Assembly (NCBI GenBank): GCA_040384565.1 | Contig: JAZKJC010000015.1 | Location: 2,063 to 66,062, forward strand | Length of the DNA: 64,000 nucleotides | Direction of reading: 5' to 3' | Origin: Patescibacteria group bacterium | Lineage (GTDB): Bacteria > Patescibacteriota > Saccharimonadia > Saccharimonadales > JAZKJC01 | Part shown: piece by piece, positions 57,371 to 64,000 of the stretch | How positions within the stretch are numbered: position 1 is the stretch's first letter | How the letters are laid out: every line of letters begins with the position of its first letter | Program-made: the position numbers and the translations under genes | Notes under the pieces: model-generated | The model's input: the letters and a program-made list of their open reading frames with translations, nothing else | Told to the model about the DNA's origin: nothing | Database searches by the model: none

Positions 57371-57448
57371 ACGTAGAACGTATAACGTAGAACGTATAAA
57401 GGGGAAAGCGGCGGGATTGAAGCCAGCCGTAATACGTTATACGAATCC
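57371..57448. repeat. heptamer/14-mer inverted-repeat element, family D
   Basis: ACGTAGAACGTATA x2 (57371-98), about 29/31 identical to 23477-23507. Right arm CGTAATA/CGTTATA/CGAATCC. Confidence 0.8.
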
Positions 57449-57475
57449 CATATTACTGCGACAGAATGGAGCTTT

Positions 57476-57721
57476 ATGAAACAGAAGGACATTATTTTGA
57501 TAATAGTGGTTGTATTCATTAGCGGTGTGCTATCGCTGGTATTGTCTAACATGCTAATATCTTCCCCTAAAAACAGACAAGAAAAAGTGGAAGTGGTAGA
57601 AGCGATATCATCTGATTTTACGCAACCTGACAAAAAATATTTCAATGCTAATTCCATAGATCCTACCCAGATTATCAGAATTGGCGAAAACAACAACAAT
57701 CAGCCATTTAAAAAGCAGTAA
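57476..57721 (+). CDS. small single-TM protein in the pil operon
   Basis: 81 aa; TM IILIIVVVFISGVLSLVLSNMLI. Confidence 0.5.
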   Translation: MKQKDIILIIVVVFISGVLSLVLSNMLISSPKNRQEKVEVVEAISSDFTQPDKKYFNANSIDPTQIIRIGENNNNQPFKKQ

Positions 57722-57759
57722 AAAGTTATGGTACACAGAGAGCTCTTAAGCATGCCGGG

Positions 57760-57866
57760 TTACCGTTTACCGTTTACCGTTTACCGTACATTAGCCATGG
57801 CCTTTTTTCCATGGAAAACAGAAAACAGAAAACGTGCCGAAAACAGTAAAAAGTTACCAGTAAACG
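57760..57866. repeat. TTACCGT x4 / AAAACAG x2-3 inverted heptamer element
   Basis: Units at 57760-87 and 57815-35, with central CCATGG..CCATGG. Confidence 0.8.
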
Positions 57867-57885
57867 ATTTGGCTGGAGGTCGCAT

Positions 57886-59682
57886 ATGAGTGTATTGTCA
57901 GCTGCTACGCAACAACTGGTAGAAGAAAGCCTTATCAAAGAAGGTGTTTTAAGTGATGAACAACTTAAGACCTTTAAAACAAAGGCCGAAGAGTCAAAAA
58001 CACCTCTTTTTACTTTGCTACTACAAGAAAAACTACTCAATAGTGAGATTTTAACTAAAACTACAGCACACGTTACAAAACTACCTTACGTGAACCTGTC
58101 TAATGCCAAGATTGATTCGGATACATTAGCTTTATTGCCAAAAGAAATTGCAGAGCGTTATATGGCTGTGCCATTAGGCGAAATGCAAAGGCGTTTGGTT
58201 GTAGCAATGCTTGACGCGGATAATGTCCAGGCAGTTGACTTTTTATCTAATAAAATTGGCCGTCCATTAAAAGTATATGCTGCCAGTGAAGAGGGGATTC
58301 GACAGGTATTAAAGCAATATTCATTGAGCTTGGACGATAGTGTATCAGACGTTTTTGCACCGGATGAAGCAAAGACCAAAAAAGACGAGGACGATGGTAA
58401 ACCTACCAAAAATAAAACAATCAAAACTATTGTCCAGGACTCGCCTATCAGCAAGGCTCTATCGGCTATATTGGAATACGCGGCCAAGAACCGTGCCAGC
58501 GATATTCATATGGAGCCAATGGAAAAAGAATTCAAAATCCGTTGCCGGGTGGATGGGGTATTAAGAGAAATCATGAAACTGCCTAAAAGCACCGAACCAG
58601 CCCTTGTATCACGCGTAAAGATTCTAAGCAACCTTAAGATTGATGAACACCGTATACCGCAGGATGGACAGTTTACGGTGCATGTCATGGAAAAAGACAT
58701 TGACTTGCGTATTGCTATATCGCCCGTGGTGTGGGGTGAGCAAATTGTTATCCGTTTGCTCGACAAAACCGGCACAAGTCTCAAGCTAGAAGATATGGGT
58801 TATATGGGGCGAGCCCTTAGGGCCATACGCACCGGCCTAAAACAGCCCAACGGTATGATCCTCACCTCCGGTCCTACTGGTTCGGGCAAATCAACGTCTC
58901 TGTATGCTTTGCTCCAGGAAATTATTAGCGATGAAATAAACATTGTTACGCTAGAAGACCCTGTCGAGTATAAAATGGGCGGCATTAATCAGATTCAGGT
59001 TAATGCTGATGTTGGTCTGACTTTTGCTTCAGGTCTGCGATCTATTCTGCGCCAAGATCCAGACGTAGTCATGGTCGGGGAAATACGTGACAAAGAAACT
59101 GCTACACTGGCAGTACAGGCTGCATTAACAGGGCACTTGGTCTTTTCCACGCTACACACTAATTCAGCGTCTGGGATCTTGCCTCGTTTGTTAGATATGG
59201 ACATAGAACCATTTCTAATTGCCAGTACCGTACACACCGTTATTGGACAGCGTTTAGTTCGGCGTATTCCGCAAGACGACAATAAGGTCAGTTATGTCTC
59301 CGATAAAGCAGAAACAGAAGCAATTCATAAGACGCTGGGCGAGTTACTGCCTAAAACAAAAGAAGATATTCCAGCTGTTAGCAAAGATTTAGGCTACGAA
59401 TCCTTGCCACTTGCCACTGAAAACGCTTATACTTTGTTTAAGGGAACCGATTCACCGGAAACCCCAGGCGGATACACGGGACGGATGGGACTATATGAAG
59501 TCTTTGAAATTACCGAAGCTATCCAAGATCTGATATTAAAAAGATCAACCAGCAGTGAAATCCAACGGGCTGCCCAGGCAGAGGGTATGATAACAATGCA
59601 GCAGGATGGTTATCTGAAAGCCTTAGCGGGGTTAACCTCACTGACTGAAGTTAACCGAGTAGCATCCGGGGATAGCGCGTAA
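57886..59682 (+). CDS. pilB: type IV pilus assembly ATPase PilB (GspE family)
   Basis: N-terminal T2SSE_N-like domain. Walker A GPTGSGKST. Asp and His boxes (VMVGEIRDKETA; TGHLVFSTLHTN). Confidence 0.9.
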   Translation: MSVLSAATQQLVEESLIKEGVLSDEQLKTFKTKAEESKTPLFTLLLQEKLLNSEILTKTTAHVTKLPYVNLSNAKIDSDTLALLPKEIAERYMAVPLGEMQRRLVVAMLDADNVQAVDFLSNKIGRPLKVYAASEEGIRQVLKQYSLSLDDSVSDVFAPDEAKTKKDEDDGKPTKNKTIKTIVQDSPISKALSAILEYAAKNRASDIHMEPMEKEFKIRCRVDGVLREIMKLPKSTEPALVSRVKILSNLKIDEHRIPQDGQFTVHVMEKDIDLRIAISPVVWGEQIVIRLLDKTGTSLKLEDMGYMGRALRAIRTGLKQPNGMILTSGPTGSGKSTSLYALLQEIISDEINIVTLEDPVEYKMGGINQIQVNADVGLTFASGLRSILRQDPDVVMVGEIRDKETATLAVQAALTGHLVFSTLHTNSASGILPRLLDMDIEPFLIASTVHTVIGQRLVRRIPQDDNKVSYVSDKAETEAIHKTLGELLPKTKEDIPAVSKDLGYESLPLATENAYTLFKGTDSPETPGGYTGRMGLYEVFEITEAIQDLILKRSTSSEIQRAAQAEGMITMQQDGYLKALAGLTSLTEVNRVASGDSA

Positions 59683-59683
59683 A

Positions 59684-59827
59684 AATAGCCAATAGCTTGT
59701 AGCTGATAGCAGTTAGCTAAAAAGGAATAAGGAAAAGACAATGAAAACACCAGATATCAAACAAGACAATCAGAATCATTCCCATGAGGCTAGGTTATTA
59801 GCTACCAGCTACCAGCTACCAGCTTAC
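59684..59827. repeat. NNTAGCN x5 / AGCTACC x3 (+AGCTTAC) heptamer arms separated by 81 nt
   Basis: TAGC at 59686, 693, 700, 707 and 714. AGCTACC at 59800, 807 and 814. Confidence 0.8.
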
Positions 59828-59847
59828 GTTTCCAAGGGGGGTGTGTA

Positions 59848-60918
59848 ATGGCCGGAGCGCAACCAAGAATTGAAGTTTTACTTGAAGAAGTTATTAAGAA
59901 AAAAGCTTCTGACCTTCACTTGCAAGTGGGCTTACCGCCAATGCTACGTGTGGACGGCGCTTTGACGCCTGTGCCTAGTGCAGAAGCTTTGACGGAAGAA
60001 TCACTAGAAACTCTTCTTTTTGCAGTACTTGATGAAGAGCAAAAGCAAATTTTGCTAAAAGATAAAGAATTTGACTTCAGTTTTGCCTTTGGTGATTTAG
60101 GTCGCTTCCGTGTAAATGCTTTCCACGAAAGAGGCAACTTAGCTGCCGCGCTTCGCTTAATTCCTAACGAAATGATGACAGTGGAGCAGCTTGGTTTGCC
60201 GCCAATTGTAAATAAGTTTGCCGATTACCCTAGGGGCTTGGTTCTAGTAACTGGGCCGACAGGATCTGGCAAATCGACGACACTAGCGGCCATGATTCAT
60301 AAGATTAATCATGAGCGTGCTTGCCATATAATCACCATTGAAGACCCAATTGAATACACTCATAAGAGCCACAAAGCAGTCATTGTGCAGCGTGAAGTCC
60401 ATTATGATACATACTCTTTCTCAGCAGCTCTCAGAAGCAGCCTGCGTGAAGACCCGGACGTTGTGCTCATTGGCGAGATGCGCGATCTAGAAACCATGGC
60501 AGCTGCCATAACCATCGCAGAAACCGGTCACTTGGTTTTTGCGACGCTCCACACTAACTCTGCCGCGCAGAGCATTGACCGTATGATAGATGTTTTCCCG
60601 CCACATCAGCAACCACAAATCCGGGCCCAGCTGGCAAATATCTTGATGGCTATTTGCTCCCAGCGTCTTATCCCGACCATTGGCGGGGGACGTGTAGCCG
60701 CCGCCGAAATCCTGGTAGCAACTCCGGCCGTGCGAAACATCATACGTGAGGGCAAAAGCCACCAGCTGGAAGCAGTCATCCAGACCGGAGCAGAGTTTGG
60801 CATGCAGTCCATGGACAAAACCCTGGTCAACTTAATTCATAACGGTACAATAACATATGATGAAGCCCGTAACTTTGCGGTAGATCTGGATGAAATTGAT
60901 CGTTTAATGAGAAGCTAA
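59848..60918 (+). CDS. pilT: twitching-motility retraction ATPase PilT
   Basis: GPTGSGKSTT, VLIGEMRDLETM, TGHLVFATLHTN. 356 aa. Confidence 0.9.
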   Translation: MAGAQPRIEVLLEEVIKKKASDLHLQVGLPPMLRVDGALTPVPSAEALTEESLETLLFAVLDEEQKQILLKDKEFDFSFAFGDLGRFRVNAFHERGNLAAALRLIPNEMMTVEQLGLPPIVNKFADYPRGLVLVTGPTGSGKSTTLAAMIHKINHERACHIITIEDPIEYTHKSHKAVIVQREVHYDTYSFSAALRSSLREDPDVVLIGEMRDLETMAAAITIAETGHLVFATLHTNSAAQSIDRMIDVFPPHQQPQIRAQLANILMAICSQRLIPTIGGGRVAAAEILVATPAVRNIIREGKSHQLEAVIQTGAEFGMQSMDKTLVNLIHNGTITYDEARNFAVDLDEIDRLMRS

Positions 60919-60924
60919 TTATGA

Positions 60925-61051
60925 AAAACACGAAATCCGAAGCACGAAATCCGAAACAAGCACGAAACTTTCAAACTAGAAACGTATCAGGTTTCGAGCT
61001 TCTAGCTTCTAATTTGTTTCTATTTTCGTGCTTCAGTTTTCAAATTTCGAG
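60925..61051. repeat. CGAAA/TTTCG period-7 inverted-repeat element, family B
   Basis: GAAATCC/GAAGCAC/GAAATCC/GAAACAA. Shares GAAACAAGCACGAAA and AATTTGTTTC with 29575-29725. Confidence 0.8.
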
Positions 61052-61063
61052 CGGAGCGAACAG

Positions 61064-62287
61064 GTGTTAGTTTATAGCTATATAGCCCGTGATCCGGAAA
61101 CAGGCCAGAAAGTTAAAGCTGACTTGCAAGCAGAAAATGAGCAATCTGCTGCCAAACTGCTTAGTAGCCAGGGTTTATCGCCACTGAGCATTAAGCTTAA
61201 AGACAGTGGATCAGCCGCAGGCCTTGGGAAAATATTCCACAAAATTAAAACTAAAGACAAAATTTTGTTTTCGCGCCAGCTTTCTACGCTGATTAACGCG
61301 GGGCTACCGCTTGTGCAAAGTTTGCGTAATGTGACTAAACAAACCCAAAGTAAGCCCTTGCAGGTAATTCTGAACCAGATTATCTCTGATGTGGAGGGTG
61401 GGAGCGCATTTTCCGCTGCTTTGGGGCATCACCCCAAAGTTTTCAACCGCGTGTACATCAGCTTGATAGCAGCCGGTGAAACATCTGGAAACCTAGATTC
61501 AGCCTTAGAGCGGCTGGCCAACCAACAAGAAAAAGACGCCGAAATCATTAGCAAAGTACGCGGAGCACTGGTTTACCCGGCTATTGTCTTGTTGGTCATG
61601 TTGATTGTTATGGGCTTTATGGTTGTAAAAGTATTGCCGCAAGTAGAAGTTATTTATAGTGGCATAAAAGGCGAAACCTTGCCGCTCATAACCCGTATAC
61701 TTCTGGCACTTTCGCATTTTATAATCAAACGTTGGTGGCTGGTATTCATTTTACTAGGCCTACTGGTATTTTTTGGAAGCAGATGGATACGGACAGTCGG
61801 AGGCAAGCGTATTTTTGACAAGGTCAAGATGCGCGCTTGGCCTGTGGGACCCTTATTCATGAAGTTATACATGGCCCGGTTTGCCCGAACCGGTACCACG
61901 CTTGTTGCCAGTGGTGTCCCACTGCTTCAGGTACTGGAAATCACCGGCAATGCCATTGATAACATTTATATTGAGGAGTCGCTCGTAAAAGCGGGCGAGA
62001 AAGTAAAAGGTGGCAAAGCTCTGTCAGAGTGTCTGTCCGGCGATCCAAATTTTTTGGAACTGGTACCGGATATGTTAAGAATTGGCGAACAATCAGGTTC
62101 TATAGAGCAGATGATGGCCAAAACGGCGGATTACTATGAAAAGGAAGTTGATAACGAGATCAAGACAATCTCTACCATCATAGAGCCGGTTTTGATGGTG
62201 GTTATGGGTGTGTTTGCGTTTGTTATTGTGGCGGCGGTGCTGCTACCGATATATGGCCTGGCAGGCAAATCCGGCTTTGGCGGTTAA
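61064..62287 (+). CDS. pilC: type IV pilus platform protein PilC (GspF family)
   Basis: Two GspF repeats with three TM segments. GTG 61064 lies 7 nt after GGAG and is preferred over GTG 61028, which sits inside the repeat element. Confidence 0.88.
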   Translation: MLVYSYIARDPETGQKVKADLQAENEQSAAKLLSSQGLSPLSIKLKDSGSAAGLGKIFHKIKTKDKILFSRQLSTLINAGLPLVQSLRNVTKQTQSKPLQVILNQIISDVEGGSAFSAALGHHPKVFNRVYISLIAAGETSGNLDSALERLANQQEKDAEIISKVRGALVYPAIVLLVMLIVMGFMVVKVLPQVEVIYSGIKGETLPLITRILLALSHFIIKRWWLVFILLGLLVFFGSRWIRTVGGKRIFDKVKMRAWPVGPLFMKLYMARFARTGTTLVASGVPLLQVLEITGNAIDNIYIEESLVKAGEKVKGGKALSECLSGDPNFLELVPDMLRIGEQSGSIEQMMAKTADYYEKEVDNEIKTISTIIEPVLMVVMGVFAFVIVAAVLLPIYGLAGKSGFGG

Positions 62288-62411
62288 ATAAATCTTTCCA
62301 ACTCCATACCATTAAATAGTGTTGTAACTCCCTACGAGTTGATGTTAAAATGTATAATGTAAGTATTTTGCTACATATTTACGCATATTTGTAATTAAAT
62401 AGACTATCCAC

Positions 62412-63599
62412 ATGAAAAAAAGATTACTTTACTACGAGACAGAAAATCAACTAGAACACAAAAACGCTCTGGTTATCACAGGTATGCGCCAAGTGGGAAA
62501 GACCACCTTATTGCTTCAGCTTTTTGACTCGCTGGGCGACAAACCAAAACTCTTTTTTGATTTTGATAACCCACTAGACCAAAAAATGTTTGAAGATGAG
62601 CAGTACAATAACATTTATAGTCGGCTGGTCGTAATGGCAGGCGCAAAAGACCAAAGACTTTATATTTTTTTGGATGAGATACAAAACTTTCCGATGGTTA
62701 CAAAAGTCATGAAATACCTGATTGATCACTACAAGACAAAGTTTGTGGTTACCGGCTCATCGAGCTTCTACTTGAAAAACCTGTTCCCAGAATCACTCAG
62801 TGGCAGAAAATTCCTATATGTTTTGCCAACACTAACTTTCAGGGAGTATTTGTATTTTACGGATCTCATCAGCCTGGATCAAGCAAGGAATGACAATCTT
62901 GAGGAGCATTTAGTTGGTACCGACCTTTTTATACATAAACGTTACGAAGTAGCATACGACCAATACCTGATATACGGTGGCTTTCCTGAAGTTGCAACAA
63001 CTCATGACAGTCAAACAAAGAGCTTGGTTTTGCGCAATATATTTGGTTCGTTTTTTGAGAAAGACATACATTTGCTTTCAGACCACTCAGACATTAGGCA
63101 ACTCCGTGATCTGATTCTACTGCTGGTACCAAGGGTTGGCTCAATGATTGATGTTACCAAACTGGCCAATGCGCTTAGTATAGACCGACCAAAGTTGTAT
63201 AGCTTTTTGGATTTTCTGCAGAATACCTTTATGATAACCCTGTTGCCCAAGTTTTCTCATAGCATTGATCGCTCGGTAGCGGGCGGCCGGAAAGTCTATT
63301 TTACTGATACTGGGTTGCTAACTGCTATCGGTAATGTAAATGACGGCCAATTATTTGAAAACGCTGTCTGCAACCAGCTGTCTCACTATGGTGGACTAAG
63401 TTTTTATAATAGACGTAACACTGCGGAAATCGACTTTATTCTCAACAAAGAAATCGCTTTTGAGGTAAAGCTGACAGCCGATAGTCGAGACGTCCAAAAA
63501 GTTCAAAAACTAGCGACCAATCTGGGGATTCCTAAATGCTACGTGTTATCTAAATATTATTCCGACAAAGATGACATCACTTCGGCCATTAATATTTAG
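62412..63599 (+). CDS. AAA+ ATPase (AAA_14/DUF4143-type)
   Basis: Walker A GMRQVGKTTLL, Walker B IFLDEIQ, and a C-terminal DUF4143-like region (recalled). Confidence 0.75.
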   Translation: MKKRLLYYETENQLEHKNALVITGMRQVGKTTLLLQLFDSLGDKPKLFFDFDNPLDQKMFEDEQYNNIYSRLVVMAGAKDQRLYIFLDEIQNFPMVTKVMKYLIDHYKTKFVVTGSSSFYLKNLFPESLSGRKFLYVLPTLTFREYLYFTDLISLDQARNDNLEEHLVGTDLFIHKRYEVAYDQYLIYGGFPEVATTHDSQTKSLVLRNIFGSFFEKDIHLLSDHSDIRQLRDLILLLVPRVGSMIDVTKLANALSIDRPKLYSFLDFLQNTFMITLLPKFSHSIDRSVAGGRKVYFTDTGLLTAIGNVNDGQLFENAVCNQLSHYGGLSFYNRRNTAEIDFILNKEIAFEVKLTADSRDVQKVQKLATNLGIPKCYVLSKYYSDKDDITSAINI

Positions 63600-63739
63600 T
63601 AGAGGTCTATTACTTCCGATGCGCCAACGTGTGGATAACTTATAGACGGGGGAACAATAGGGCTTGCATTAAGTACTGAATTTCATTATCATCAGAACCA
63701 TAAGCATTAAATTATTGTTCTAAAGGGGGCATTTGTAAC

Positions 63740-64000
63740 ATGAAAACTAAACTAAATAACCAAAAAGGGTCTACCCTGAGCGCGTCGAAGGGCTTTACCA
63801 TTATCGAAGTCCTGATTGTACTGGCTATCGCAGGCTTAATTCTGCTGATCGTATTCCTGGCTGTTCCAGCCTTGCAACGTAACTCACGTAATACGCAGCG
63901 TAAGAATGACATTGGCCGCTTAGGCGGTTCTGCAACAGAGTTTGTATCTAATAATAATGGTACCTTGCCAACTGCCAGCAACGCCGCCACCGTCACAAGT
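63740..64000 (+). CDS. type IV pilin precursor (partial, runs off window end)
   Basis: SD AAGGGGG. The class III signal ...SKG|FTIIEVLIVLAIAGLILLIVFLAV has Gly-1, Phe+1 and Glu+5. Absent from the ORF track because no stop falls in the window. Confidence 0.85.
   Translation, partial: MKTKLNNQKGSTLSASKGFTIIEVLIVLAIAGLILLIVFLAVPALQRNSRNTQRKNDIGRLGGSATEFVSNNNGTLPTASNAATVTS

Noticed and set aside
63712-63996. 94-aa minus-strand ORF at the window end.
   Set aside because: It is the antisense shadow of the + strand prepilin gene, which has an SD and a canonical G|FTxxE signal.

Overview
The window is a gene-dense stretch of bacterial chromosome, mostly transcribed on the + strand. The gene content fits a small-genome monoderm: no secretin in the type IV pilus cluster, an LPXTG protein, RNase J, and an archaeal-type UPF0200-like kinase. 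A Patescibacteria/Saccharibacteria-like source is my inference only. The housekeeping part (about 0.1-45 kb) carries dnaG-rpoD, a polyprenyl synthase and phytoene/squalene-synthase pair, a P-type ATPase, two extra tandem sigma-70 paralogs and polA. It also carries a nucleotide-sanitation cluster (RdgB-like, two Nudix, a methyltransferase, HAD), mutM-holA, a PadR-like gene, rpsT, a degenerate DHH-like protein, truB, ABC-F and rpsO-pnp. Further along are UDG, RNase J, ftsK, a RelB/RelE pair, rpsF-rpsR-ssb, efp, tlyA, a Crp-like gene, a bPH protein and ychF. An accessory stretch (about 45.0-54.5 kb) holds a RAYT-type HUH transposase with perfect 25-bp REP-bearing inverted repeats and a frameshifted IS30 element. 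It also holds an LPXTG surface protein, a 203-bp duplicate of the RAYT 3' end, VapBC, a Thr/Pro-rich anchored protein, and a TM protein coupled to a 1195-aa Cys/Gly/Pro-rich secreted protein. That stretch abuts a type IV pilus cluster (pilM-pilN-pilO-small TM-pilB-pilT-pilC-AAA ATPase-pilin). The pilin gene was missed by the ORF track because it runs off the window. I found no rRNA, tRNA or CRISPR. The strongest non-genic signal is that most gaps directly after stop codons hold inverted arrays of tandem 7-nt units. These fall into dispersed families, and the same period-7 tracts occur inside polA, mutM, truB and tlyA. Other points: all four zinc ligands are lost in DnaG, EF-P has an Arg tip, an 82-bp element is identical in two copies within rpsF-rpsR-ssb, and several consensus promoters sit 6-7 nt from ATG (possible leaderless mRNAs). 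All calls rest on reading the sequence and recalled family motifs; no searches were run.
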